From the human T2T-CHM13v2.0 reference genome, Homo sapiens, in NCBI RefSeq assembly GCF_009914755.1, contig NC_060932.1: a stretch of DNA of 64,000 nucleotides, one strand, 5' to 3'. Numbering within the stretch: position 1 is the first letter of the stretch; the number at the start of each line of letters is the position of its first letter. The notes beneath the pieces are model-generated. The model did no database searches. It saw only the letters and a list, made by a program, of their open reading frames with translations, and was not told the origin of the DNA. Of this stretch, positions 1-12,593 are shown piece after piece. The position numbers and the translations under genes are program-made.

Positions 1-1830
1 ACAATATATGTGTAATGAAGTATCAGGAGGAGGAGAAAGAAAGGAATAGAAGAAATATTTGAAGAAATTCTGACTGAGATTTTCCCAAAATTGAAAATAA
101 ACAAAATATACATATCTAGGAAGCTGAGAGAATACCACGCAAGATAAATACAAAAAAATTTAAACATAGGCATATTATATTGAAGCTGCCAAAAATCAAA
201 GACAAAAAAAAAATCTTAAAAGAAGCCAGGAGGGAAAAAACCTTTATCTATGGACAACCAAGGATAAGAATTACATCAGACTTCTCTTAAACCACATAAG
301 CAAAAAGAGAGGAAAGTGAAATATTTAAAATGTTAAAAAAGAAAAAAAGAACACTATCTTAAAACTGTCTACTTAGCAAAATTATCCTTTTTTTTTTTTG
401 ACAGAGAGTCTCACTTTGTCACCCAGGCTGGAGTGCAGTGGCAGTGACCTTGGCTCACTGCAGCCTCTGCCTCCTGGATGCAAGCAATCTCGTGCCTCAG
501 CCAGCCACCACCACGCCTGGCTAATTTTGTATTTTTAGCAGAGACTGGGTTTCGCTAGGTTGGCCAGGCTGGTCTCGAACTCCTGACCTCAGGTGATCCG
601 CCAGCCTTGGCCTCCCAAAGTGCCAGGATTAAAGGTGCAGGCCACCGCACCCAGCCTACCCTTTAAATTAAGATAAAAATACATAATTTTCTTAGGTAAA
701 CAAAAATAGAGTTTGTCACCAGTAGTCCTACCTTACAATAAAAGTAAAAAGAAATTATTCACTCATACTCAATGGTAAAAAACTAAAAGCTTTTCTTCTA
801 AGATCAGGAACAAGGCTAAAGTGCCCCTTCTTGCCACATTTATTTAACATGATACTAAGAGTTCTAGCAAGAACAATTAGGCAAGAAAAGGAAATAAATG
901 GCATCCAAACTGTTGAGGGGTGGGAATGAGTAAAGTTGTCTATTTCCAAATGACATAATTTTTTTGTAAAAAGCCCTAAACTTCACTCCCCCCAAATTAT
1001 TACAACTAATAACAAATTCAGTAAAGTTGCAGGATAGAAAATCAACATACAAATATCAGTTGTGTTTCTATAGCACTAACAACAAACAACTGGAAAGCAA
1101 GTAAAGAAAATCCCATTCATAATAGCAAGAAAAAGTTAAGATATTTAAGAATAAACTTAACCAAAAAGATGAAAGAGTGGTACATTAAAAATTGCAGACA
1201 TTCATGAAAGAAATTAAAGAAGACACAAATCAGTGGAAAGATATCCTATGTTCATGAATTGGAAGACATAATAATATTAAAATATCCATACTATTCAAAG
1301 CAATTTATAGATTATATACAATCCCTATCAAAATCCTAATGGCACTCTTGACAGAAATAGAAAAAACAATCTTAAAATTCATATAAAACCACAAAGGACC
1401 CAGAATAGTCAAAACAATGAGCAAGAAAAACAATGCTAGGGGCATCACATTTTCTAATTTCAAAATGTATTATAAAGATAGAGTAATCAAAACTGTGTGC
1501 TACTGGCATAAAGACAGACATATAGGCCACTGGAAGAGAATAGAGGGCCCAGAAATCAACAGACACTTATACAGTCAACTGGCCTTCAACAAACATGCAA
1601 AGAATATATAATGGGGAAAAGACGGTTTCTTCAATACATGGTACTGAGAAAACTGAATATTCACATGCAAAAGAATAAATTGGGCCTGTATCTTACACTA
1701 CACACAAAAAGCAACTCAAAATGAACTATACATTTAAACATAATTACCTGAGACTATAACACTTATAGAAGAAAACATAAGGAGAAACTTTCATGATGTT
1801 GGTCATGGCAATTATTTTAACTTATAAATT
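1..1830 (+). mobile_element. Old L1 fragments (ORF1-like 1-380; ORF2 RT/C-terminal-like ~760-1830)
   Basis: A-rich sequence with degenerate L1 ORF2 translations ([10 protein letters not shown]..., [39 protein letters not shown]) and many stops. Confidence 0.85.
388..656 (-). mobile_element. Alu (internally deleted); paralogous copy at ~46447-46712
   Basis: Poly-T followed by reverse Alu consensus (gtctcactttgtcacccaggctggagtgcagtgg...ctcccaaagtgc). Confidence 0.95.
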
Positions 1831-2528
1831 GTAACAAAAGGATTTGGGAAGGACTGGTAGGTTTAAAGGGAATATTTATGGGGGATTATGGGTTATAGGC
1901 TCCTGTGCATATCTCAGTAACTTCCTCAACAAAGGAGAAATGGCCTTGAGCCCGAATACCCTGGGAAGCTGGAACTAAGACTCAACTCCTTCTGACCCGT
2001 TCTCTCAATTAAGGATTCCTTTTTCTCATTTCACCAAGAACAGAGAAGCAACCAAAGATAGCTTTTCCACTTTTCCACCACCATATCTCTTCACATAGTT
2101 TTATCTTTATCCGTAATCTACCTTCTCTTCACTGTCTGATTCAAGGCCAACCCCTCCACTTACACTAGATTCCATCCCCAATGACTTTTTCAAGAATTTA
2201 ACTCCAGAAGTTAAACATTATTTCCTGCATTATGAATCTCTACACTACCCCCAAGCAGGATAATTCATTTTAGGTAGAAATATGTGGTAATAGTTCTCAT
2301 TTAAAATTCTGTACATTTCCAGCTACTGCCTCATTTACTCCTCTCTTTATAGAAGAAAGCATCGTTTGTCTTTATTCAGCATCTCCACTTTTTCTCTTGC
2401 ATTCTTTTGCTGTTTTTGTTTTTCTGGGAAAGTTCTTTAATGTTTTTAATTTATTATAAAACATTTCAGACATTTAAGAATAAAAAGTAAGTATATTGTA
2501 TCGTATAATTTGTCTTCTCCTCTTAAAG

Positions 2529-2683
2529 CCAGAAGCTTCATTTCTAATGATGAATGTCCTTCAGAATATTATCATTGCAGACTGAAGTGCAATGCTGATG
2601 AACATGCAATTAGATACTGTGCTGACTTCAGCATCTGCTGCAAACTGAAGATCATTGAAATTGACGGACAAAAGAAGTGGTGA
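2529..2683 (+). CDS. DEFB131: Beta-defensin 131 family exon 2 (mature peptide), copy 1; exon 1 would lie left of the window, so gene vs pseudogene status is unknown
   Basis: Polypyrimidine tract + ag acceptor (2527-2528), phase-1 exon encoding (A)[50 protein letters not shown] with the 6-Cys beta-defensin pattern. Matches recalled DEFB131A. Confidence 0.9.
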
Positions 2684-2921
2684 AAATGCTAACTCCATCT
2701 TCTTCAGACTCCAGGAGCAAAAACATGTCTTAAACTCTCTTATCTACGAATAATTAACATGATGGATGAAAATTATTATAATTGCATGTTTAGATGGTCA
2801 GGTGAAAATGAATATAAATTTTATAAATGCTTACCCTCTATTTTCATGTGTGCATTTTAACATTAACTCCCTTAATTTACATCCACAGCCACATTGTTGT
2901 TTCACCCATAGTACTATATCC

Positions 2922-3795
2922 GATGCGGGGAGTAAGAGCCAGCCCCTCTTGCCCCCCTGGCTCTTAGGACCCCCATTGCAGCGGGGTGAGGCACTCCCCG
3001 CGATGCCGGGAGTAACAGCTAGCCCTTCTTGCTCCGCTGGCCCTTAGGACACCCATCGCAGGGGGGAGAGGGGCCCCCCGCGATGCGGGGAGTAAGAGCC
3101 AGCCCCTCTTGCCCCCCTGGTTTTTAGGATCCGCGGTGGACTCACAGCCTGTTTATCATACTGTGAGTAATATCATCTCCCGCTCTGGAGATTATGAACT
3201 GTTTCACAAACCGGTGTACACCCTGGGTATACAGAGGTTGTACACCCGTCTCTATTGGGAGTCATATCATCCTCTTCCTCCCTGAATATTAAGAACAGTA
3301 TCACAGAGTTGTTTCTACTCCCTGGGATATCGTGTGTCATATCCTCCTCTCCCACGTTGCAATTAGAAACAATATCAGTGGGGGGGTGTCCACCTTCTGT
3401 GATATTGAAAGTAATATCATACTCTTCCCTCTAGGATCGTGGGAACAATATACTTGGTGGTGTCCACTTTCTGCAATATATGTAGTCCTATCACTCCCTC
3501 CGCCTTGGAATGTTATTAAGGACCATCTCACATGGGGGTGTACACTTCCTGCGATGTTGGGAGTAATAGCATTGTCTTCTTCCGTGAATATTAGGAGCAA
3601 AATCACAGGGTGGATGCACACCCAGTGCTATATTGGGAGTAATATCTTACTCCACACCCTGGAGATTATATTCGGATCAATATCACCGGCTGGGTGTACA
3701 CCTACTGTGATATTGAACGTAATATCATGCTCTCTCTCTCTCTGGACATTAGGAGCAATATCGCAGGTGGGTGTACACCCACTGAGGTATTAGGG
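2922..3795 (+). repeat. SATR1/SATR2 satellite, left array; GC-rich 80-bp monomers at 2921-3135, then typical monomers
   Basis: cgatgc(g/c)gggagtaa recurs at 2921, 3001 and 3081, followed by monomers gtgtacaccc..tgcgatattgggagtaatatcatcctctccc..ggatattaggaacaatatcacagggg. Confidence 0.9.
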
Positions 3796-4135
3796 CGTAA
3801 TATTAGTATGAATTATACCTCATTTATTATTAACATAAATATGAATGACTGATATTAATATTAATATTAATAAATAATTGCTAATAAAAAGTTTACAGAT
3901 TATTAATATTAATATGAAATATTAGGAGCTAATATTACTGTTTTCTAATGAATAAGATCAATAGTTATTAATATCAGGCGTCATTAATCATTAATATTAA
4001 TCATGTATTGTTATTGTTAGTATAACTATTTAATATTAATTATCATTATTATCGGTATTGATTTTAAAAATTATATTATGGGTTATTAATATTGATAATT
4101 ATTAGTGTCAATTAATAATTGAGATTATTAATTGC
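3796..4135. repeat. Extremely AT-rich low-complexity tract (TATTAA/TAATAT-rich)
   Basis: Almost pure A/T with repeated tattaatattaat; residual satellite words such as atattaggagctaatatt. Confidence 0.9.
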
Positions 4136-4139
4136 GGCA

Positions 4140-7100
4140 AGTCGCATTGCGCCATTCCACCCCTCCCTCGGCAGCTCGTTTACGACCCAAAAAGGGGACA
4201 CAAATGCCCCTGAGAGAGCAGCGATAGACTGGGATAGATGAGGATGGTCACGTGGTGGAGAGGCGTGTTTTTGGGTACCAGCCCTTCACCTGCATCGACC
4301 TTCTCAACTGGAAAAACAATACACCGCCCTATACCGAAAACCCACAAGCACTAATTGATTTGCTCCAAACTGTTATCCAGACCCACAACCACACCTGGGC
4401 TGATTGGCACCAGTTGCTCATGTTCCTCTTTAATAGTGAAGAAAGGCAGAGAGTCCTCCAAGCAGCAACTAAGTGGCTAGAGGAACATGCACCAGCTGAT
4501 TATCAAAACCCCCAAGAGTATGGAAGGACCCAGTTGCCAGGAACCGACCCCCACTTGGACCCACATGAAAGAGAGGATATGCAAAGGTGAAACCGAGACA
4601 GGGAAGCTCTCTTGGAAGGATTAATGAGGGGAGCTCAGAAGGCCACAAACGTTAACAAGCTCTCTGAGGTCATTCAGGGAAAAGAAGAAAGTCCAGCACA
4701 ATTCTACGAGAGAGAATTGTGGGAGGCCTGTCGTATGTATACTCCCTTTGATCCCGATAGCCCTGAAAATCAGTGCATGATTCCCATGGCTTTAGTCCGT
4801 CAAAGCGCAGAAGACGTGAGAAGAAAACTGCAGAAACAGGCTGGGCTTGCAGGGATGAATCCATCCCAATTACTAGAAATAGCTAGCCAGGTGTTTGTAA
4901 ACAGGGATGCAGTAAGCCCTAAGGAAAATGGCAAAGAGAATGGAGGTCAGGCCCGGCAACACGCCGACCTGTTTCTCAGCTGCAACAATCAGAGGGCCCC
5001 CCCAAAGAGGCAAGGGAAAGGGGGCCCTGGGAAAGAAACTCAGCTTGGCTGTCAGAGTTTGCAGCATAACCAGTGTGCTGATTGTAAAGAAATAGGACAG
5101 TGGAAGAACAAATGCCCTCAGCTCAAAAGAAAACAAGGTGACTCAGAGCAGGAGGCCCCGGACAAGGAGGAAGGGGCCCTGCTCAACCTGGCAGAAGGGT
5201 TACTGGACAGAGGGAGACCGGGCTCAAGCCTCCCCAAAGAGCCTCTGGTCAGAATGACTGTCGGGGGTGAAGACATTGACTTTCTTGTAGATAGCGGTGC
5301 TGAACATTCGCTAGTAACCGCCCCGGTCACCCCCTTATCCAAAAAGACTATTGACATCATCGAAGTCACGGGGGTTTCAGCAAAGCAAGCTTTCTGCTTG
5401 CCTCGGACTTGTACTGTAGGAGGACATAAAGTCATTCATCAGTTTTGGTACATGCCTGACTGTCCCTTGACCTTTTCGGGAAGGGACATGCTCAGCAAGC
5501 TGAGAGCCACTATCTCTTTGAGAGAGCACGGCTCTTCGCTGCTAAAGTTACCCGGAACGGGAGTCATTATGACCATTATAGTCCCCCGAGAGTTGGAATG
5601 GAGACTTTTCTGAACTGAGCCGGGCCAAGAGAGACCAGCTCTGGCTGAGCGGTGGCCAAGAGTATGGCAGAAGACAACCCTGGGGCACTGCCAGTTAAGA
5701 CTGGGGCCCAGCCGGTGAGGCAAAAAGAGGAGCCAGTCCCCAGAGAAGCCCTTCAAGGTATCCAGGTCCATCTCAAGCACCTAAGAACTTTTGGAATGAT
5801 TGTTCCTTGTCAGTCTCCATGGAACACTCCCCTCCTGCCTGTTCCCAAACCACGGACCAAGGACTACCGGCCGGTACAGGATTTGCGCTTGCTTCATCAA
5901 GCTACACTGACTTTACATCCAACAGTACCTAACCCATACACATTGTTGGGGTTTCCGCCAGCTGAGGACAGCTGGTTCACCTGCTTGGACCTGAAAGACG
6001 CTTTCTTTCCTATCAGATTAGCCCCTGAGAGGCAGAAGCTGTTTGCCTTTCAGTGGGAAGATCCGGAGTCAGGTGTCACTACTCAGTACACTTGGACTCG
6101 ACTTCCCCAAGGGTTCAAGAACTCCCCCACCATCTTCGGGGAGGCATGGGCTCAAGACCTCCAGAAGTTTCCCAGCAGAGACCTAGGCTGCGTGTTGCTC
6201 CAGTAGGCTGATGACCTTCTGCTGGGACACCCCACGGCAGTCGGGTGTGCCAAGGGAAAAGATGCCCTACACCGGCACCTGGAGGACTGTGGGTAGAAGG
6301 TGTCCAAGAAGAAAGCTCAGATCTGCTGACAGCAGGTACGTTACTTGGGATTTACTATCTGACAGGGGTCGGAACACAGCCCGGGATCAGAAAGAAAGCA
6401 GGTCATTTGCCATCTAGCGGAGCCTAAGATCTGAAGGCAGGTGAGAGAATTCTTAGGAGCTGTGGGGTTTTGTAGACTGTGGATCCCAAACTTTGCAGTA
6501 TTAGCCAAGCCTTTGTATGCGGTCACAAATGGGGCGGGGACCGGGAACCTTTGGAATGCAGATCCCAACAACAGCAAGTCTTTCATGAGTTAAAGGAAAA
6601 ACTTCTGGCAGCCCCAGCCCTGGGGCTACCCGATTTGACAAAGCCTTTTCCATTATATGCATAAAAGAGAGAAAAGATGGCAGCTGGACTTTGAACCCAA
6701 ACTGTGGGGCCCCGGCCGAGGCCTGTGGCCTACCTCTCTCAACAACTAGACGGGGTTTCTAAACGATGGCCCCCCTGTTGGAGGGCCTTGGCAGCAAGTG
6801 CCCTGCTAGTACAAGACGCAAATAAGCTGACTCTTGGGCAAAGCCTGAACATAAATGCCTCCCGTTCTGTGGTGACTTTAATGAGTAGTAAAGGACATCA
6901 TTGGCTAATGAATGCCAGACTCACCAAGTACCAAACTTTGCTCTGTGAAAATCCCCATATAACCAGTAAAGTTTGTAACACCCTACACCCCGCCACCTTG
7001 CTGCCGGTATCAGAGAGCTCTGCCGAGCCTGATTGTGTAGAAATGTTGTACTCAATTGACTGTAGCAGGCCTGACCTCCGGGACCAGACTTGGGCATCAG

Positions 7101-8225
7101 TAGACTGGGAGCCATACGTGGATGGGAGCAGCTTCTTCAACTCCCAAGGAGAGAGAGGTTCAGGGTATGCAGTGATAACCCTGGACACTGTTGTTGAAGC
7201 CAGATCACTGCCCCAGGCCACATCAGCCCAGAAAGCTGAACTCATTGCTTTCATTGGGGCCTTAGAACTCAGTGAGGGTGAGACTGTCAACATTTACACT
7301 GATTCTCCGTATGTCTTTTTAACCCTTCAAGTGCATGGAGCGTGATAGAAAGAAGACGAGTTTTGAACTGTGGGGGAAAAGACAGAAAATATCAACAAGA
7401 AGTCTTTCAATGATTAGAAGCAGTATTGAAACCCCACAAAGTGGAAGTTAGGCATTGCAGAGGACACCAGCGAGCTTCCATCTTGCTGGATTTGGGGAAT
7501 TCCCACGCTGACTCAGAGGCTCGAAAAGCAGCATCTGTCCCCTTCTGGGCATCAGTGCTCCTTCAAGCACCTGATCTTGGACCTGCTTCTTCTAAAGAAG
7601 AAAAGGACTTTCTCCAGGTAGAGGGAAGGACAAGTGATGGAGGAAGGATGGATTTGGTTACCAGACGGGAGAGTAGCTGTGCCACAGCTGCTAGGAGCTG
7701 CAGTTGTACTGGCTGTGCAAGAAACCACCCATCGAGGTCAGGAGTCACTGGAAAAGTTGTTAGGCTGGTATTTCTACATCTCGCCTTTGTCAGCCCTTGC
7801 CAAAACGGTGAGGCAGAGGTGTGTTACCTGCGACAGCATGATGCGAGGCAAGGTCCAGTCGTTCCGCCCGGCATACGAGCTTATGGAGCAGCCCCCTTTG
7901 AAGGTCTCCAGGTGGACTTCACAGAGATGTCAAAGTGTGGAGGTAACAAGTATGTACTAGTTCTTGGGCGTACCTACTCTGGGTGGGTGGAGGCCTATCC
8001 AACACGAACTGAGAAAGCTCATGAAGTAACCCCTGTGCTTCTTTATGATTGGATTCCTAGATTTCGACGGGCTTTAGGGATTGGCTCAGACAGCGGGCCT
8101 GTGTTTTTGGCTGCCTTGGTACAGAAGATGGCAAAGGTATTGGGGATCACACGGAAACTGCATGCCGCCTCCCGGCCTCAGAGTTCCGGAAAGGTGGAGA
8201 GGATGAATCGTACTATCAAAAATAG
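4140..8225 (+). mobile_element. Defective class I (gamma-like, HERV-E-type) endogenous retrovirus internal fragment: gag-pro-pol, with no LTRs and no env
   Basis: Gag p30 (YQPFTCIDLLNWKNNTPPYTENPQ; VIQGKEESPAQFYER), degenerate NC knuckle (CADCKEIGQWKNKC), protease FLVDSGAEHS, RT (SPWNTPLLPV, LDLKDAFF, LPQGFKNSP; YxDD broken to Q*ADD at ~6204), RNase H (YVDGSS, SAQKAEL, NIYTDS), integrase (QVDFTEM, SDSGP, PQSSGKVERMNRTIK). Many stops and frameshifts. Confidence 0.93.
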
Positions 8226-10732
8226 TAGTATTGTCTTCCCTGCTGGATATTTAAAACAACACCACAAGGGGCGTCAAACCACCTGCTAAATTGGAGGGAA
8301 TGTTATCCTCTCCCCTCCTCCCCCAGCCCCGGATATTAGAGATAATAACACAGGGGTGATGTACACCCACTGCTTTATTGGGAGTAATATCATCCTCTCC
8401 TTTCTTGGATATTAGCAACAATATCACACTGTGCGTGTAGGCGTGTCGCGAAATTCAGTGGAATGTCATCCTGCGCCTTCCTGGATATGACGAACAATAT
8501 CACGGCGGATGTACAACTTCTGAGATATTGAGAATGATATCATCCTCTCCCCTCTGGAAGTTAGGGACAATATCACAGGGGTAGTGTACACCCTCTGGGA
8601 TGTTGGGACTCATATCATCCTCCCGCCCACTGGATATTAAAAACCATATCACAAGGGGCATGTACACACACTTCGATAACGGTATTAATACCATCCTCTC
8701 CCTCTTTGGATATGCGGTGACATATTTCAGGTGGGGTATACACCACCTGCAATATTGCAAGTAACATGAATTTCTCCCCCCCTGGATATGAGAAACAATA
8801 TCACAGGGGGTTGTGAACAACCCCTGCGATATTTGGAGTAATATCATCGTCACCCCTCACAATTATTAAGAACAATATCGTAGAGATGGGGGATGTACAC
8901 CCACTTTCATATTTGATATCATCCTCTTCCCCCCTAGATATTAGGAGCAATATCAGGAAGGGATGTACAGACCCTGCAACCTTTGCTGTCATAGAATTGT
9001 CTCTCCCCTAGATAATAGGAAAAAATGTCACTGGGGATGTGAACAGCCCTGTGATATTGACAGTAGTATCATCCTCTCCCCCCATGCATATTGGGAACAA
9101 CATCACGGGTGGGGTGTACTGCCTCTGTGATATTGGGAGTGAAATTTTCCTCTCTTCCCCTGGACATTAGGAAGTGTATCATAGGGGGAGGGTGTACATT
9201 CCCTGCGATATTCAATGTAACTTTATCCTCTCCCTCCCAGGGTATTCAGAACAATATTACAGGAGGGGTGTACACCCTCTGCGATATTGAGAGTCATATC
9301 ATCCTCTTTCGCTCTGGATGTTAGGAACAATATCACAGGGTTGTGTACACCCCCTGCGGTATTGGGAGTAATATCATCCTGTCTCCCTGTGGATATTAGG
9401 AAGAGTATCACAGGGCTGTGGAAACCCTCTGCGATACTGGGAGTAACATCATCCTCTCTCCCTCTGAATATAGGAAGATTTTCACAGGGGGGTGTACACC
9501 CCCTGCTATATTGGGAGTAAGATCATCCTCTCCACCCAGGAAATGACTAACAAGGTCACGGGGGGGTGTACTCCCCCTGCGATATTGGGAATAATGTCGT
9601 CCTCCCCAAACCTGGATGTTAGCAATGAGATCACAGAGGGGCTGTACACACCCTGCGACACTGGAAGTAACATGATCCTCTCCCCACCTGGATACTGGGA
9701 AAGATACCACAGCGCGGGTATACGTTTCCTACACTGGTGGGAGTAATATCATTCTTTTCCTTTCTGGATATTAGGAAGAATATCACAGGGGTGCTGTACA
9801 ATTACTTCGATATCGGGAGTAATATCATCCTCTATTTTCCTGGATATTGGGCACAAAATCACAGAAGGGTGTACAACCCCTGCGATATTGGGAGTAATAG
9901 CATACTCTCCATCCTTGGATGTTAGAAAACAATATCATCAGGGCTGAACACCCCTCGCGATAATAGGAGTCATGGTTACTCTTTCACAGGCCATTTGGAA
10001 CAATATCACAGGGGGTGTTTACAAACAGGGGTGGTGTACACCCCCTGTGATATTGGGAGTAACATCATTCTCTCCACCTCCAGATATTAAGAACAATATC
10101 CTGGCGGGAGGTGGTACACCCCCAGTGATATTGCGAATAATGTCATCCTCTCCTTCCCTGGATATTAGGAACAATATCACAGGGGGTGTACACCTTCTGT
10201 GATATTGGAAGCAATATCATCCTCTCCCCCGCTGGATATTAGAAAAAAAAATCACTCACGGTGTACACCCACTGTGATATGAGGGGTAATATCTTCCTAG
10301 GGTATTACGAATAATTTCACAGTCTGTACACACATGGTGTACACTCACTGTGATATTAGGAGTAATATCTACCTAGTAGATAACAAATAACATCGCAGGG
10401 TGTACACCAACTTTGATATTAGCTCTAGTATTCTTCTAAGTTGTTACAAATAAGATCACAGCGTGTTCCAACATGGTGTACACTCACTGTGATATCAGGA
10501 GTCCTATCTCTGTGATGTATTATCAATAATATCACAGGATGTACACCCACTGTATTATTAGGAGTAAGATCTCTGTAGGATATTACAATTAAGATCACAG
10601 GGTGTAGAGTCACCATGATATTAGGAGCAATATCTTTCTAGGATATTACAAATAATATCACAGGGTGTACGCCCACTCTACTGTCAGGAGCAATACCTCC
10701 CTAGGATATCAAAAATCCTATCACAGGGTGTC
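8226..10732 (+). repeat. SATR1/SATR2 satellite, right array (~75-bp monomers; variant monomers after ~10250)
   Basis: Dozens of tandem degenerate copies of gtgtacacccc-tgcgatattgggagtaatatcatcctctccc-ggatattaggaacaatatcacagggg, in the same orientation as the left array. Confidence 0.93.
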
Positions 10733-10953
10733 CAATCTCTGCCTTCCAGGTTCTAAGGGATTCTCCAGCTTCAGCCTCCCGAGTAGCTAGGGTTACCCGC
10801 CACCACGACCGGCTATTTTTTTTTATTATTTTCACTGGAGACGGGGTTTCACAACGTTGGCCAGGCTGGTCTGGAACTCCTGACCTCAGGTGATCCATCA
10901 GCCTCGGCCACCCAAAGTGCTGGGATTACAGGTGTGAGCCATGGTGCTGGGCC
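10733..10953 (-). mobile_element. Partial Alu abutting the satellite
   Basis: Reverse Alu consensus lacking its poly-A end; the satellite joins directly. Confidence 0.9.
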
Positions 10954-11587
10954 AGCAGTTATAGATTCTATTCATTTGGAAACCCAGCTCCCATTTTTGA
11001 GTGTGCATGTACTTTTATGAAGAAATGATGTCAGAAAACCGAAGGATGATAATAAATATGAAAAGTAACAGGCATGTGAAAAGGTCTTCCGATTGAGAAT
11101 TATAAGGTTCGATTTCGTTTTCAGATAATGGGGTCCTAGCCCTTGTGTCATCCTTTTACATATTCTACATCAATGGAAGTTGTAGCACCGTGTCAGAATA
11201 AAGTAGAGTGTATTTCACGGTTTCTTAATTTCTTTCAATTAGACTGAGATCTTTTTCTGAAAGAGAGAAGGACATTTTCATTGCGTTGTATTTTTTCTGA
11301 AAAGAGTAGGCCATATTTTACTGAGATCACGGATTTGTTATATATGACGTTTTGGTCTTCTAATATTCTCCAGTGGATATTCTCTAAAGTAGTATGTACA
11401 GAAAGCCTTGAATAGCAAAAAAGTAAATCACGTAATAATTCTGAGATTTTTGGAATTGTCACAACTGAGAAACATTGCTGGCGGTGTATGGTCCGCAAGT
11501 GTGAAGATGTTCCTTGTGAATTGCTTGCATCTAGCATTAAGGGCTGGTTTTTATCTTTTATTTTTCCAATCCTCTTTCCTTCTCAAG

Positions 11588-12593
11588 GTGTCCAAGACAC
11601 ACAGGGCCACGGAATCTCACAGGTGTCTGAGAATTCCTCCTCCTGGGACTCTCAGAGGATCCAGAACTGCAGCCGGTCCTCGCTTTGCTGTCCCTGTCCC
11701 TGTCCATGTATCTGGTCACGGTGCTGAGGAACCTGCTCAGCATACCGGCTGTCAGCTCTGACTCCCCCCTCCACACCCCCACGTAATTCTTCCTCTCCAA
11801 CCTGTGCTGGGCTGACATGGGTTTCACCTCAGCCACGGTTCCCAAGATGATTGTGGACATGCAGTCACATAGCAGAGTCATCTCTCATGCGGGCTGCCTG
11901 ACACAGATGTATTTCTTGGTCCTTTTTGCATGTATAGAAGGCATGCTCCTGACTGTGATGGCCTATGACTGCTTTGTAGACATCTGTGGCCCTCTGCACT
12001 ATCCAGTCATCGTGAATCCTCACCTCTGTATCTTCTTCGTCTTGGTGTCCTTTTTCCTCAGCCTGTTGGATTCCCAGTTGCACAGTTGGATTGTGTTATA
12101 ACTCACCATCATCAAGAATGTGGAAATCTCTCATTTTGTCTGTGACCCCTCTCAACCTCTCAAACTTGCCTGTTCTGACAGCGTCATCAATAGCATATTC
12201 ATATATTTCGATAGTACTATGTTTGGTTTTCTTCCCATTTCAGGGATCCTTTTGTCTTACTATAAAACTGTCCCCTCCATTCTAAGGATTTCATCGTCAG
12301 ATGGGAAGTATAAAGCTTTCTCCACCTGTGGCTCTCACCTAGCAGCTGTTTGCTGATTTTATGGAACAGACATTGTCGTGTACCTGGCTTCAGCTGTGTC
12401 ACCACCCCCCAGGAGTGGTGTGGTGGCATCAGTGATGTACGCTGTGGTCACCCCCATGCTGAACCTTTTCATGTACAGCCTGAGAAACAGGGACATACAA
12501 AGTGCCCTGCGGAGGCTGCGCAGCAGAACAGTGGAATCTCATGATCTGTTCCATCCTTTTTCTTGTGTGGGTGAGAAAGGGCAACCACATTAA
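11588..12593 (+). pseudogene. Olfactory receptor family 7E pseudogene (OR7E160P is a plausible identity by position; not verified)
   Basis: OR motifs [54 protein letters not shown]. Start ATG lost; in-frame stops at 11628, 11784, 12099 and 12354. Confidence 0.95.

Larger units (their letters stand above)
1..2921 (+). repeat. Segmental direct repeat, copy 1 (DEFB131 intron/exon 2 region); continues off the left edge
   Basis: Colinear with 46064-48981, including the same Alu with the same internal deletion (gcctcagccagccaccacc), the same L1 pieces and the defensin exon. Identity ends at ...gtactatatcc (2921 vs 48981). Confidence 0.97.

Noticed and set aside
4612-5613. 333-aa gag-pro ORF as a functional retroviral or domesticated protein
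   Set aside because: It starts at a non-ATG codon after an in-frame stop, the zinc knuckle lacks its His, and the surrounding pol has many stops including the RT active site.
2922-10732. Regularly spaced repeats as a CRISPR-like array next to RT/integrase genes
   Set aside because: The monomers are contiguous degenerate tandem copies with no unique spacers. The context is primate satellite plus a dead ERV.
11817-12593. OR ORF fragments as a functional receptor
   Set aside because: Start codon lost, at least four in-frame stops, and the MAYDR motif is altered.
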